Counted from the first letter of the stretch, positions 1 through 10,663 are shown. The stretch: DNA of 64,000 bases from an uncultured cyanobacterium (GCA_963765575.1 CAVXWZ010000002.1:288001-352000); one strand, 5' to 3'. A program made the numbers and translations. The notes: generated by a model not told the origin, from the letters alone.

Positions 1-1
1 C

Positions 2-406
2 GCCGCTGGCAGCGACGAGGACGGCAGCAGCGGGGCAGGGTGGCTGAGCGGGCCGCAGCCAAGCCTGGCCGACGTGCAGCTGTTCCCCACCCTGATCCGG
101 CTGGAGCTGGTCTACGCCCCCCTGTTCGGCGTCAGCCGCCGCCCGCTCTGGCAGCTGCCGGCCCTGTGGTCCTGGCGGTCTCGCTTCCACGCATTGCCGG
201 GGGTGGCCGCCACCTGCTCACCCCAGGCCTGGCGCCACGACTACTTCGGAGCCCTGTTCCCGCTGCACCCCTCGGGCATCACCCCGGCGGGCCCGCCCCT
301 GGCCACACTGGTGGGGAGCTGCCCAAGGCCAGGACGCGATGCAGGACACCACTCCGGAGACCCTCCACCAGGGGGTGTACGGCCCCTTCACGATCACGGC
401 GACTGA
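2..406 (+). CDS. Glutathione S-transferase / glutathionyl-hydroquinone reductase (YqjG-like), C-terminal part, truncated by window edge
   Basis: Frame open from position 2: WLSGPQPSLADVQLFPTLIRLELVYAPLF...HDYFGALFPLHPSGITPAGP resembles the Xi-class GST C-terminus. Confidence 0.8.
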   Translation, partial: AAGSDEDGSSGAGWLSGPQPSLADVQLFPTLIRLELVYAPLFGVSRRPLWQLPALWSWRSRFHALPGVAATCSPQAWRHDYFGALFPLHPSGITPAGPPLATLVGSCPRPGRDAGHHSGDPPPGGVRPLHDHGD

Positions 407-983
407 CCGCCGCGAGGTGCTGGGCTATCGGCTCAGCCTGCTGGTGGCGGCCCTGGCCCAGCTGGGCCTGTTGGCCCAGTGGCACTGGCTGGGAACCGAG
501 CACCTCTGGCCCTGGCTGCTGCCCCTGGCCGGTGGCCTGGGGCTGGCCTTGCGCTGGATTCACATCTATCTGCGGCCCCTGCACCGGGCCCTGCAGGCGT
601 TCTGGCTGCTGGGCTGCGCCGGGCTGGTGGCCCTGGCACTTCAGGCCGGCCCCGGGGCCATGGCCGCCACCCTGCAGGCCCACGGCCGCTGGCTGTGGGC
701 CATCGGCCCCCTGTTCGCCGCCCTGGCGGGAATCGGCTTCAAAGAGTTCTTCTGTTTCCAGCGCCCCGAGGCCATCGGTGTGACCCTGCTGCTGCCGGCC
801 GCCCTGCTCGGGCACCTCAGCGGCCTGCTGGCACCGGCGCTGGTGGGCCGGTTGCTGGCGCTGGAGGCGGTGCTGCTGGTGCTGCTCTGCCTGCGCAAGT
901 TCCCCATGCCGGCCGCAGCTGACGTGGGCGACAAGAGCGTCTTCGCCCACCTCGAGGCCCAGCGCCGCACCGCTGCCGCGTGA
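339..983 (+). CDS. DUF2301-like integral membrane protein
   Basis: QGVYGPFTITATDRREVLGYR, GIGFKEFFCF and DVGDKSVF motifs; several hydrophobic segments. Confidence 0.8.
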   Translation: MQDTTPETLHQGVYGPFTITATDRREVLGYRLSLLVAALAQLGLLAQWHWLGTEHLWPWLLPLAGGLGLALRWIHIYLRPLHRALQAFWLLGCAGLVALALQAGPGAMAATLQAHGRWLWAIGPLFAALAGIGFKEFFCFQRPEAIGVTLLLPAALLGHLSGLLAPALVGRLLALEAVLLVLLCLRKFPMPAAADVGDKSVFAHLEAQRRTAAA

Positions 984-2968
984 GCCTGATCAGCCTGGTG
1001 GGGGTGCGCAAGGACTTCGGCATCCGCACCCTCTTCGAGAACCTCAGCCTGCATGTGGGCGAACGGGAGCGGCTGGGGCTGATCGGCCCCAACGGCGCCG
1101 GCAAGAGCACCCTGCTGCGCATCCTGGCCGGAGAGGAGCCCCCGGGGGCAGGCAGCAGGCGCACGGCCCCCCACACCCGCATCGTGCTGGTGAGCCAGGA
1201 CCCGCAGCTGCAACCGCAACGCACGGTGCTGGAAGAGGTGTTCGCGGGCAGCGGCGAGAAGCGCGATCTGCTCGGGCGCTACACGGTGGTGAGCGAGGCC
1301 CTGGCCGAGGCCCACCGGCTCGGCAACGACGACACCGCCCTGCTGGCGGAACTGGCCGAGCTCAATGGCCGCATGGACCAGAGCCAGGCCTGGGGGCTGG
1401 AGCAGCAGATCCGGGAGGTGCTTGATCGCCTCGGCGTGCAGGACGTGCAGCGGCGGGTGGGCGAACTCTCCGGCGGCTATCAGCGCCGCCTGGCGCTGGC
1501 GGCGGCCCTGGTGGCGGAACCCGACGTGCTGCTGCTCGATGAGCCCACCAACCACCTCGACGCCGATGGCGTGCAGTGGCTGCAGGGCTACCTGGGTCGC
1601 TTCCCCGGGGCGCTGGTGCTCGTCACCCACGATCGCTACGTGCTCGACCAGCTCAGCGAGCGGATCGTGGCGGTGGATCGCGGCGAGGCCCGTGCCTATG
1701 CGGGCAATTACGCCACCTACCTGGCCCGTCAGGCCGAGGAGGAGGCCGCCGCCGCCGCCGGTGAGGCCCGGCTGCGCGGCGTGCTGAGGCGGGAGCTGGA
1801 GTGGTTGCGGCGTGGTCCCCAGGCCCGCAGCACCAAACAGAAGGCCCGCATCCAGCGCATCGAGGCCATGCAGGAGCTGCCGCAGCGCCAGCAGCGGGGG
1901 CAGCTGAGCCTGACCAGCAGCAGCCGTCGGCTGGGTCGGCGGGCGATCGAGGCCGAAGACCTCACGCTCTGGGCCAGCCCGGAGGCCCGCAGCGCCGGGG
2001 CGGATCCCCTGCTCACGGGCTTCAGCTACGACTTCAGCCCCGAGGACCGGGTGGGGATCATCGGCCCCAACGGCAGCGGCAAGAGCAGCCTGCTCAACCT
2101 GATCGCCGCGGCGGCCCGGCCCGACACCGCCGCGGCGGCGCCCCCCGGCCACAGCGGCCGACTGGAGCTGGGCAGCACCGTGAAGCTGGCCTACTTCGAC
2201 CAGCACAGCCACGTGCTCGAGAACAGCCGCGATGCGGCGGGGCGGCAGCGCCGGGTGCTGGACGTGGTGCAGGACGCAGCCAGCACGGTGGAGCTGGGCG
2301 GCAGCGTCCTCAGCGCCTCCCAGCTGCTGGAGCGGTTTCTGTTTCCGCCGGCCCAGCAGCACCAGCCGCTGAACCGGCTGTCGGGAGGGGAGCGCCGGCG
2401 GCTGCACCTCTGCCGGCTGCTGATCGGGGCACCGAATGTGTTGCTGCTGGACGAGCCCACCAACGACCTCGACGTGCAGACCCTGACGGTGCTCGAGGAT
2501 TTTCTGGAGGACTTCCGCGGCTGCGTGCTGGTGGTGTCCCACGACCGTTACTTCCTCGACCGCACGGTGGACCGGCTGTTCGTGGTTCGCAGCGGCCGGC
2601 TGGAGCGCTTCGAGGGCAACTACAGCGCCTATCTGGAGCTGCGGCGGGCCAGCGCCCAGCCCTCGCCGGCCACGGCCACGGACGCGGCCACGGCCACGGC
2701 CACGGCCAAGGCGATGGCGATGGCGGAGCCCGCCCAGTCGGGGGCGAAGCCGCGCCGACGCAGCTTCCGCGAGCAACGGGAGCTGGCCCACCTGGAGGAC
2801 CAGCTGCCCCAGTGGGAGCAACGGCGCGAGCAGCTGCAGGTCCTGCTGGCGGCCGGCAGCAGCGACTATTCCGCCCTCCAGGAGCTGACCCAGGAACTGG
2901 CCGGGCTGGGCGAGCGCATCGCGGCGGGCGAAGAGCGCTGGCTGGAACTGAGCGATCTGCCCGCGTGA
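980..2968 (+). CDS. ABC-F family ATPase (Uup-like)
   Basis: Two ABC cassettes (GPNGAGKST/LSGG/LLDEPTNHLD and GPNGSGKSS/LSGG/LLDEPTNDLD), RRGPQARSTKQKARI linker, C-terminal coiled coil ending EERWLELS. Confidence 0.95.
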   Translation: MSLISLVGVRKDFGIRTLFENLSLHVGERERLGLIGPNGAGKSTLLRILAGEEPPGAGSRRTAPHTRIVLVSQDPQLQPQRTVLEEVFAGSGEKRDLLGRYTVVSEALAEAHRLGNDDTALLAELAELNGRMDQSQAWGLEQQIREVLDRLGVQDVQRRVGELSGGYQRRLALAAALVAEPDVLLLDEPTNHLDADGVQWLQGYLGRFPGALVLVTHDRYVLDQLSERIVAVDRGEARAYAGNYATYLARQAEEEAAAAAGEARLRGVLRRELEWLRRGPQARSTKQKARIQRIEAMQELPQRQQRGQLSLTSSSRRLGRRAIEAEDLTLWASPEARSAGADPLLTGFSYDFSPEDRVGIIGPNGSGKSSLLNLIAAAARPDTAAAAPPGHSGRLELGSTVKLAYFDQHSHVLENSRDAAGRQRRVLDVVQDAASTVELGGSVLSASQLLERFLFPPAQQHQPLNRLSGGERRRLHLCRLLIGAPNVLLLDEPTNDLDVQTLTVLEDFLEDFRGCVLVVSHDRYFLDRTVDRLFVVRSGRLERFEGNYSAYLELRRASAQPSPATATDAATATATAKAMAMAEPAQSGAKPRRRSFREQRELAHLEDQLPQWEQRREQLQVLLAAGSSDYSALQELTQELAGLGERIAAGEERWLELSDLPA

Positions 2969-3104
2969 GCGGATCAACAATCAGGAGGGCTGATCTGGTC
3001 CAGTGACTGGGCCTGATCAGCAGCTGCCCAAAAAGCCCCTCATTCAGCGCACCACACCCGTATGGTGGGCCTCGACGAGCATCAACCCTCCCGGGCGCGG
3101 ACGC

Positions 3105-3338
3105 ATGAACTCCCTCGACGATCACACCATCGACGATCACATTCAGAAGGACAGGAGCGAAATCGAATCCGCTCGTGCCGCTGGAAACGATGGCAAGGTG
3201 CGCCACCTCGAAGAAGAGCTCAAGGGCCTCGAGGAGTACAAGTCGCACCACCCCGATGACAAGCACGACCCCAGCCCCCTGGAGGTCTACTGCGAGATGA
3301 ACCCGGAAGCCCCCGAGTGCCGGGTCTACGACGACTGA
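3105..3338 (+). CDS. cp12: CP12 protein, picocyanobacterial type with only the C-terminal Cys pair
   Basis: C-terminus [25 protein letters not shown] at 3105 chosen over the upstream GTG. Confidence 0.85.
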   Translation: MNSLDDHTIDDHIQKDRSEIESARAAGNDGKVRHLEEELKGLEEYKSHHPDDKHDPSPLEVYCEMNPEAPECRVYDD

Positions 3339-4351
3339 GCCGGCACCTCCTTCAGCTGGTCATGCTTCTGCAGCGTCTCCCAGACAACCGCAAGCAGGCT
3401 GTTGAGGTTGGCCGATGTGACCGCCGACACCGCCAGCACGGGCTGGGGGCAGTGACCCTGCAACGCTGCGATTTTGTCCGCTAATTCCTGGGGATCCAGC
3501 AGCTCGATTTTGTTGAGCACCGGGATCCGCTGACGGTCCATCAGCCCATGGCCATAGGCCTGCAGTTCCCGCTCCACCACCTGCAGGTCCTCCAGCACCG
3601 ACTCCGAGGAGGCATCCACCAGGTGGATCAGCAGCCGGGTGCGCTCAATGTGGCGCAGAAACTCGTGGCCGAGCCCCGCTCCCTGGGCCGCACCGGCGAT
3701 CAGCCCAGGGATATCGGCGAACACCGCGCCATCGCCACTGGGCCGGCGCACCACGCCGAGGTTGGGGACCAGGGTGGTGAAGGGATAGTCGGCGATCCGC
3801 GGACGGGCTGAACTGAGTACGGAGATCAGCGTGCTCTTGCCCGCATTGGGCAGCCCGATGATGCCCACCTCGGCCAGCAGCTTGAGTTCCAGTTGCAGCA
3901 GCCACTCCTCGCCCTCCCGGCCCTCGGTGAACTTCTCCGGGGCACGATTGCGGTTGCTGAGGTAGTGGGCATTGCCGAGGCCGCCACGGCCGCCGAAGGC
4001 CACCGGCAGCTCATCGCCGGGTGCGGTGAGATCGCCAAGCACGATGCCGGTGCGCGCATCGCGCACCTCAGTGCCGCAGGGCACGAGGATCAGCAGCGGC
4101 CGGCCACTGGCACCGGTGCGGCGGTTGGGCCCACCGCGCCGGCCGTCATCGGCGCCGAACAGCCGCTTGTATTTGAAGTCGAGCAGGGTCTGCAGGTTGG
4201 CGTCGGCGACCAGCACCACATCAGCTCCCCGGCCGCCATCACCGCCGGAGGGGCCACCGGCCGGGACATACTTCTCGCGTCGAAAGGCGACGATTCCGTC
4301 GCCGCCGCGGCCGGCCTTGACGGTGACGCGGGCCTGGTCGATGAACTGCAT
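3326..4351 (-). CDS. obgE: GTPase ObgE/CgtA
   Basis: MQFIDQA...[41 protein letters not shown] motifs. Confidence 0.97.
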   Translation of the reverse strand: MQFIDQARVTVKAGRGGDGIVAFRREKYVPAGGPSGGDGGRGADVVLVADANLQTLLDFKYKRLFGADDGRRGGPNRRTGASGRPLLILVPCGTEVRDARTGIVLGDLTAPGDELPVAFGGRGGLGNAHYLSNRNRAPEKFTEGREGEEWLLQLELKLLAEVGIIGLPNAGKSTLISVLSSARPRIADYPFTTLVPNLGVVRRPSGDGAVFADIPGLIAGAAQGAGLGHEFLRHIERTRLLIHLVDASSESVLEDLQVVERELQAYGHGLMDRQRIPVLNKIELLDPQELADKIAALQGHCPQPVLAVSAVTSANLNSLLAVVWETLQKHDQLKEVPAQSS

Positions 4352-4358
4352 TGGCCCA

Positions 4359-4368
4359 AACCTAGGAT
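4359..4368. promoter_or_regulatory. Overlapping divergent -10-like elements (TAGGAT on +, TAGGTT on -)
   Basis: AACCTAGGAT in the 47-bp gap between divergent obgE and the ABC ATPase. Confidence 0.45.
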
Positions 4369-4398
4369 CACGCCTCAGCCGTTGTCCGGGACCACACG

Positions 4399-5619
4399 TT
4401 GGCCGAGGTTCGTTTCCAGCACGTGAGCAAGACCTTCCCGCCCCGGCGCGGAGGCGCACCGGTGCAGGTGCTGCGCGACCTCAACCTGCACATTCCCGAC
4501 GGCGAATTCCTGGTGCTGGTGGGGCCCTCCGGCTGCGGCAAGAGCACCCTGCTGCGCTTGCTGGCCGGGCTTGAGCAGCCGAGCAGCGGCGAAATCGTGG
4601 TGGGGGATCGGCCGGTGACCAGGCTGCGGCCCTCGCGCCGGGATGTGGCCATGGTGTTTCAGAGCTACGCCCTCTACCCGCACCTGTCGGTGGCGGGCAA
4701 CATCGGTTTCGGGTTGCGGCGCAGCCGTCCGCGCACGGCCCTCCAGCACCTGCAGGACAGCCTGCACCTGGCCAGCCGCCGCCTGCCGTCAGTGTTGCGG
4801 GTGCCGTCGCCGCGGGAGGAGCGCATCGAGGGCCGCATCGCCGAGGTGGCGGCTGCCCTGGAGCTGGAGCCGCTGCTGGGGCGGCTGCCCAAGGAACTCT
4901 CCGGGGGCCAGAAGCAACGGGTGGCCCTGGGCCGGGCGATCGCCCGCCAGCCGGCGGTGTTCCTGATGGATGAACCCCTCAGCAACCTCGACGCCAAGCT
5001 GCGTGCCGGCACCCGGGCCCAGATCGTCGACCTGCAACGGCGCCTGGGCACCACCACCCTTTACGTCACCCACGACCAGGTGGAGGCGATGACGATGGGC
5101 CATCGCATCGCCGTGCTCAACGCCGGGCGGCTGCAGCAGCTGGGCACACCGATGCAGCTCTACCGCTGGCCCGCCAACCTGTTCGTGGCCCAGTTCATCG
5201 GCAGTCCGCCCATGAACCTGCTGCCGGTGGAGGTGATCGCCCCCGGCCAGTTGCAGCTGGGCAGCCGCCGGATGGCCATCGAGGGCCCGCTGGCCGACAG
5301 CCTGGCCGGCCGCGTCGGGCACCGGCTCAGCGGCGGACTGCGGCCCGAGCACCTGCGGCTGGCGCCAGCCACCAACCGCAACCTGCGGGCCACCGTGAGC
5401 CACAGCGAGGCCCTCGGCAACGAACAGCTGGTCACCTGTCAGCTGGAGGAGGGCGACCATCTGGTGCAGCTGCGGGTGGCACCGGAGGATCAGCTGACCC
5501 CCGGCAGCACCATCCACCTGGAGGTGGATCCCGCCGGCTGGCGTCTGTTCGATGCCGGCGGCGAGGCCCTGCCGCTGCCCAGCCACCCGGGGCAGCCGCC
5601 CCTGCTGCCTGAGCTCTGA
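4399..5619 (+). CDS. Sugar ABC transporter ATP-binding protein (MalK/GgtA-like)
   Basis: [46 protein letters not shown]-terminal TOBE-like region. Confidence 0.93.
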   Translation: MAEVRFQHVSKTFPPRRGGAPVQVLRDLNLHIPDGEFLVLVGPSGCGKSTLLRLLAGLEQPSSGEIVVGDRPVTRLRPSRRDVAMVFQSYALYPHLSVAGNIGFGLRRSRPRTALQHLQDSLHLASRRLPSVLRVPSPREERIEGRIAEVAAALELEPLLGRLPKELSGGQKQRVALGRAIARQPAVFLMDEPLSNLDAKLRAGTRAQIVDLQRRLGTTTLYVTHDQVEAMTMGHRIAVLNAGRLQQLGTPMQLYRWPANLFVAQFIGSPPMNLLPVEVIAPGQLQLGSRRMAIEGPLADSLAGRVGHRLSGGLRPEHLRLAPATNRNLRATVSHSEALGNEQLVTCQLEEGDHLVQLRVAPEDQLTPGSTIHLEVDPAGWRLFDAGGEALPLPSHPGQPPLLPEL

Positions 5620-5633
5620 GCGCGGAACCGCCC

Positions 5634-8075
5634 TCAGCGGGGATGGACCACGCTGCAGCCGGCGCCGCCATCGGAGCGCTCGGCATCGTGCACCCGCTCC
5701 ACGTAGGGCAGGGTGTCGAGCCAGGCCCGCAGCCCGCGCTTGAGCCGGCCGGTGCCGATGCCATGGATCACCCACACCGGACCGGCGGCGGCCCGCAGCG
5801 TTTCGTCCACCGCCGCTTCCGCCTCGTGCACCCGCAGACCGCGCACGTCCACGGTGTTGCCCGCGGTGCGCACATCCGGGCCGCGGGCGGCCAGGGCCCG
5901 GCGCCCCCGCACCTGAACCCGCACCTCGGCAGGGGCCGGCTTCTCCCCCTGCAGGCCCTCGATGCCCGCCAGGGGCACGCTGAGGCGCAGCACGCCGCAC
6001 CGCACCGTGAGCTCGCGGCGGTCAGCGGCGAGCTCCAGCACCTCGGCGGCTTTGCCCAGGGAGAGCACCCGCACCCGGTCCCCCACCGCCGGCATCCAGC
6101 CCGCATGCTCCCTCCGCTCCAGCCGGGGACTGTGCTGCTGCTCGAGGTGCTTGAGCCGGCGGCCGGCCTGACGGGCCGTTTCCCCCAGCTCCGCCGGATC
6201 GACGCGGCCGCCGCCATCGCCCTGGCGCAGCCGGCGGATGATGCGCCGCACCTCATGCTGACCCTGGCGGATGGAGCGCTCCAGCTGCTGGCGGCGCTGC
6301 TCCTGCTGCTCAGCGCTCTGCTGCTGCTGCTGCTGCCAGCGGGAGAGCAGCTCTTCATGGAGCAGTTCGGTGCGGGCCAGCAGGGCCGCGGCCTCCTCGG
6401 CCGCCTCCTGCTGGCGCTGGCGCTGCTCCTCCAGGCCCGCGATCACCTGATTCACCTCGCCCTCGCCGCGGGGCGCAAGCACCAGGGCGGCCTGCTCCAG
6501 CACCGCCGCATCCAGACCCAGCCGCCGGGCGATGGCCAGGGCGTTGCTGCGGCCGGGGATCCCCCACTGCAGGTGGTAGGTGGGGGCGAGGGTCTGCTCA
6601 TCGAAGGCCACGGAGGCGTTCTCGAAGCGGGGGTCGGCGTATTTGAGGGCCTTCAGCTCTCCCAGATGGGTGGTGGCCAGGGTGAGGCGGGCCCGCTCCG
6701 CCAGATGCTGGAGCAGGGCCGTGGCCAGGGCCGCCCCCTCCACCGGATCGGTGCCCGCACCCACCTCATCCAGCAGCACCAGGGAGGCGCCGGCGGCGGC
6801 TGGTCCAGCGGCGGGCTGGGCAGCGGCGGGCAGGGCCTCGAGGATGCGGGCAATGCGGCGGATGTGGCCGCTGAAGGTGGAGAGGTTCTGCTGCAGCGAC
6901 TGCTCATCGCCGATGTCGGCCAGCACCTGGGCGCACCAGGGCAGCCGCGGCGTGCCGCGACAGGGCAGGAACAGGCCGGCCCGGGCCATCAGCGCCGCCA
7001 GACCAATGCTCTTGAGGGTCACGGTCTTGCCGCCGGTGTTGGGGCCGGTGATGGCCACCACCCGCAGCGCTGGAGCCACGCTGACGCTCACCGGCACCAC
7101 GGCCTGCCCCCCCTCCCGCTTGTGCTGCCACAGCAGCAGGGGATGGCGCAGGTCCCGCAGCTCGAAGGGGGCTTCGGGGGTGTCCGCCAACGCCGGACGC
7201 ACGGCCCCCAGCCAGGCGCCGTAACGGGCGCGGGCGAGGGCCGCGTCGAGGCGCACCAGGGCGGCCCGCAGAACGTCGAGGGGGCCGGCCTGCTCCCCCA
7301 CCGCCGCACTGAGCTCACGCAGCACGGCCTGCTCCAGCTCCCGCTCCTGGGCATCGAGATCGCGGATGCGGTTGCCCAGCGCCAGCACGGCCTGGGGCTC
7401 GATGAACAGGGTCTGGCCGGAGGCGGAACTGTCGTGCACCTGGCCCGGCAGCTGGGCGGCAGCGCCGGCCTTCACCGCCAGCACGGGCCGGCCGCCGCGC
7501 TCGGCGACCACGGAGTCCTGCAGCAGCGGGGCCGAGCGGCGCAGCAGCTCCTGGAGGCGCGCGCGGCGCTCGGCGCGGGCGGCCTGAAGCTGGCGCCGCA
7601 ACCCCGCCAGGGGAGGGCTGGCCCGATCGGCGACGCGGCCCCCCTCCTCGAGGCAGAAGCGCAGCCGCTGCTCCAGCTCCGGCAGCGTGCTCAGCCCCGA
7701 CACCACGGCGCTGGTCACCGGCCGCAGGGCCGGGTCGTCGATCTGACGCCGCAACCGCCGCGCCGCGGCCAGGGTGGCCGCCAGTTCGAGCAGGGCCTCG
7801 CCCGAGGCCACGCCGCCCTTGGCGCACAGGCCCAGGCTGGGGGCGATGTCGGCCACGCCCTGGAAGCTCAGTCCGCCCTCAAGTAACCCATCGAGGGCCA
7901 GCAGTTCAGTGGTCTCGGCCAGCAGGGTGCGGCTTGCCGCCACGGTTGCGGGCAGGGGCAGGCCGCAACAATGGCGCCCACCGGCGGCGGTGCTGGCGAA
8001 GCTGGCCAGGTGGGCGGCGAGGCGGGGCCACTCCAGCAGCTCGAGGGTCTCCTGGGCGATCGCGGCCGCACTCAC
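5634..8075 (-). CDS. mutS2: Endonuclease MutS2
   Basis: ITGPNTGGKT, DIGDEQSLQQNLSTFSGHI, LLDEVGAGTDP, C-terminal Smr domain (VIHGIGTG, GGAGCSVV). Confidence 0.95.
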   Translation of the reverse strand: MSAAAIAQETLELLEWPRLAAHLASFASTAAGGRHCCGLPLPATVAASRTLLAETTELLALDGLLEGGLSFQGVADIAPSLGLCAKGGVASGEALLELAATLAAARRLRRQIDDPALRPVTSAVVSGLSTLPELEQRLRFCLEEGGRVADRASPPLAGLRRQLQAARAERRARLQELLRRSAPLLQDSVVAERGGRPVLAVKAGAAAQLPGQVHDSSASGQTLFIEPQAVLALGNRIRDLDAQERELEQAVLRELSAAVGEQAGPLDVLRAALVRLDAALARARYGAWLGAVRPALADTPEAPFELRDLRHPLLLWQHKREGGQAVVPVSVSVAPALRVVAITGPNTGGKTVTLKSIGLAALMARAGLFLPCRGTPRLPWCAQVLADIGDEQSLQQNLSTFSGHIRRIARILEALPAAAQPAAGPAAAGASLVLLDEVGAGTDPVEGAALATALLQHLAERARLTLATTHLGELKALKYADPRFENASVAFDEQTLAPTYHLQWGIPGRSNALAIARRLGLDAAVLEQAALVLAPRGEGEVNQVIAGLEEQRQRQQEAAEEAAALLARTELLHEELLSRWQQQQQQSAEQQEQRRQQLERSIRQGQHEVRRIIRRLRQGDGGGRVDPAELGETARQAGRRLKHLEQQHSPRLERREHAGWMPAVGDRVRVLSLGKAAEVLELAADRRELTVRCGVLRLSVPLAGIEGLQGEKPAPAEVRVQVRGRRALAARGPDVRTAGNTVDVRGLRVHEAEAAVDETLRAAAGPVWVIHGIGTGRLKRGLRAWLDTLPYVERVHDAERSDGGAGCSVVHPR

Positions 8076-8500
8076 GGGGCCGGCGGCGGGATCGGTGCCT
8101 GCCCGACGATGTTGCTGGGGATGCCGGTGGCGGGCTCGTAGAGCAGTTCAAGCCAGTTGCCCTCGGGGTCCCGCAGATAGCAGCTGGCGGTGCCATCGCG
8201 GTGGTCGTGCACGGGGCCGCAGCGGTGCCCGGCGGCCACGAGCTCGGCGCGGGCGGCATCCACCTCAGCGCGGTCGCTGAAGTGCAGGGCGACGTGGGGG
8301 CCGGCGGCGCTGTAGTCGGCGCTCAGCAGGGCGATGCCGGCACCGTCACCGGGCCACTGCAGGTAGGCCCAGTCGGCCGCATCCCAGGTGAGGCGCAGGC
8401 CGAGGGCCTGGTAGAAGGCCTTGGAGCGGGCGATGTCCTGCACCCGCAGGGCCACATGGCCGAGGCGGTGGCGAACGGTGGCAACGGGATCGCTGGCCAT
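8072..8500 (-). CDS. VOC/glyoxalase family protein
   Basis: LGHVALRV, HVALHF, YLRDPEGNWLEL motifs; ATG overlaps the hemB stop. Confidence 0.85.
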   Translation of the reverse strand: MASDPVATVRHRLGHVALRVQDIARSKAFYQALGLRLTWDAADWAYLQWPGDGAGIALLSADYSAAGPHVALHFSDRAEVDAARAELVAAGHRCGPVHDHRDGTASCYLRDPEGNWLELLYEPATGIPSNIVGQAPIPPPAP

Positions 8501-9501
8501 CAGGCCTGGCGCAGCCACGTGGCCGCGTCGCAGGCGTGGTAGGTGAGGATCAGGTTGGCACCGGCGCGCTTGAAGCACAGCAAGGTTTCCAGCACCACGG
8601 CCTGCTCGTCGATCCAGCCCCGTTCCGCCGCGGCCTTCACCATCGCGTATTCACCGCTGACGTTGTAGGCGGCAATCGGCTGCTCGCTCTCAGAGCGCAG
8701 CCGGTGGATGATGTCGAGGTAGGCCAGACCGGGCTTCACCATCAGGATGTCGGCCCCTTCGCTCTCATCGAGCTGGGCCTCCAGAATCGCCTCGCGGCCA
8801 TTGGCCGGATCCATCTGATACGTGCTCTTGTCGTCGGGAATGGGCTTGCCGCTGTTGGCGCGAGGTGCTGAATCCAGGGCTTCGCGGAACGGGCCGTAGT
8901 AGGCGCTGGCGTATTTGGCGCTGTAGCTGATGATCCCCACGTGCTCGAAACCCTCCTCGTCGAGGGCTTCACGGATGGCGCCGACACGGCCGTCCATCAT
9001 GTCGCTGGGTCCGATCAGGTCGGCGCCGGCGCGGGCCTGCACCACCGCCTGCTTGCAGAGGATCGCCACCGTCTCATCGTTCAGCACCACGCCCTCGGGG
9101 CTGACGATGCCGTCATGGCCATCACAGGAGTAGGGATCGAGGGCCACGTCCGTCATGATCGCCATGCCGGGGTGGGCCTGCTTGATCCGCCGGATGGCCC
9201 GCGGAATCAGGCCGTGCTCGTTGCAGCACTCGGCCCCATCCTCCGATTTCAGACCATCGGCCACCTTGGGGAACAGCACCACGCAGCGGATGCCCAGGTC
9301 CCAGGCCCGCCCCACTTCGGCCACCAGACCCTCCTGGCTCCAGCGCTGGCAACCGGGCATGGCGGCGATCGGTTCGTTGCTGGCCCCCTCATGCACGAAC
9401 AGGGGGTAGATGAAGTCGGCTGCAGTGAGCTGATGCTCCCGCACCATCGCCCGCAGGGCCGGGGTGCGGCGCAGCCGGCGGGGGCGGTAGGAGAGCTCCA
9501 T
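8500..9501 (-). CDS. hemB: Porphobilinogen synthase (ALA dehydratase)
   Basis: RPRRLR, DVALDPYSCDGHDG, SDMMDGR, SAKYASAYYGPFREA, MVKPG, AYNVSGEYAM. Confidence 0.98.
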   Translation of the reverse strand: MELSYRPRRLRRTPALRAMVREHQLTAADFIYPLFVHEGASNEPIAAMPGCQRWSQEGLVAEVGRAWDLGIRCVVLFPKVADGLKSEDGAECCNEHGLIPRAIRRIKQAHPGMAIMTDVALDPYSCDGHDGIVSPEGVVLNDETVAILCKQAVVQARAGADLIGPSDMMDGRVGAIREALDEEGFEHVGIISYSAKYASAYYGPFREALDSAPRANSGKPIPDDKSTYQMDPANGREAILEAQLDESEGADILMVKPGLAYLDIIHRLRSESEQPIAAYNVSGEYAMVKAAAERGWIDEQAVVLETLLCFKRAGANLILTYHACDAATWLRQA

Positions 9502-9547
9502 GCAGGGCTTGAGAGGGCCCTGGATCCTACGGAGACAGGGGCGGGGC

Positions 9548-10513
9548 CTAGAGCTGGGCCAGCTGGGCCCAGCCGGCCCGGGGGTCGACGCTGCGGGCGG
9601 CCCGCAACTCCTCGAGCAGGCTGCGTTCGCGCTCGCTGAGGGGCTCCGGCAGTTTGAGCACGGGGGTGAGCAGCAGGTCGCCGCGCCCGCCCTTGAGCGG
9701 CCAGCCCTTGCCTTTCAGCCGCAGGCTGCGGCCCGGGGTGAGGCCGGGAGGCACCTGCACCGAAGCCTCGCCGTCGGGGGTTGCCACCCGCACCTGACCG
9801 CCCAGGGCGAGCTCGTCGAGACTGAGGGGGAGCTCGGCGCGGAGCTGCTCACCATCGAGCTTCCACACCGGATGCTCCTGCAGCTGGATGGTGAGGTAGA
9901 GATCACCGCGGCGGCCCGTGCCCGGCTGCAGGTTGCCCTTGCCCTTGAGCCGCAGGCGGCTGCCGGGTTTGACGCCGGCGGGGATGCGCACCGCGACCCG
10001 CTCCTCGTTGACCGCCAGGGCACGCTCGCAGCCGCGGAAGGCCTCCGCCAGGCTGAGGCGGATGGTGGCGTCGGCGTCGAGATTGGCGGCACCTGCAGGA
10101 GCGCCGCCACCGAAGCCACTGGCCCCGAAGCCACCGGGAAAGCCGCTGCTGAAACCGAAGCCGCCGCTGCCGCCAGGCTGGGGCCCACCGCCGAAGCGCC
10201 CGAGCAGGTCGTTGATGAAGTCGTCGAAGTTGCCGTAGCGGCCGAAGTCCACATCCATGCCGCCGGAGCCGGCACCGGCCTGGCTCCAGTACTGGCCGAA
10301 CTGTTCGTAGCGACGGCGCTTGTCGGGATCGGAGAGCACCTCGTAGGCCTCGCTGATCTCCTTGAAGCGCGCTTCTGACGCCTTGTCTCCGGGATTGACA
10401 TCCGGATGGAACTGCCGGGCCAGCTTGCGGAAGGAGCGCTTGATCGTGTCGGCATCGGCACTCCGCTCCACGCCCAGCACCTTGAAGTAGTCGCGGTAGC
10501 CGTTGGCGTTCAT
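9548..10513 (-). CDS. DnaJ-class chaperone lacking the zinc finger (CbpA-like)
   Basis: J domain with HPD, G/F-rich region, C-terminal LRLKGKG/GDL repeats; start MNANGYRDYF at 10513. Confidence 0.92.
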   Translation of the reverse strand: MNANGYRDYFKVLGVERSADADTIKRSFRKLARQFHPDVNPGDKASEARFKEISEAYEVLSDPDKRRRYEQFGQYWSQAGAGSGGMDVDFGRYGNFDDFINDLLGRFGGGPQPGGSGGFGFSSGFPGGFGASGFGGGAPAGAANLDADATIRLSLAEAFRGCERALAVNEERVAVRIPAGVKPGSRLRLKGKGNLQPGTGRRGDLYLTIQLQEHPVWKLDGEQLRAELPLSLDELALGGQVRVATPDGEASVQVPPGLTPGRSLRLKGKGWPLKGGRGDLLLTPVLKLPEPLSERERSLLEELRAARSVDPRAGWAQLAQL

Positions 10514-10663
10514 CGCGGGGCAGCGCTGGCGAGGATGGGACAAGGCCTCCAGTCTCTCAGCTCCCGTGGAGCCCTGCGGCCCAAGCGCCAGCGTTGGCGT
10601 CGCCAAGGATGGCGGCGGCTGGGAGCAGGCTCCCGTAGCCTGGCCGGCCCTGCTGAGACACCC

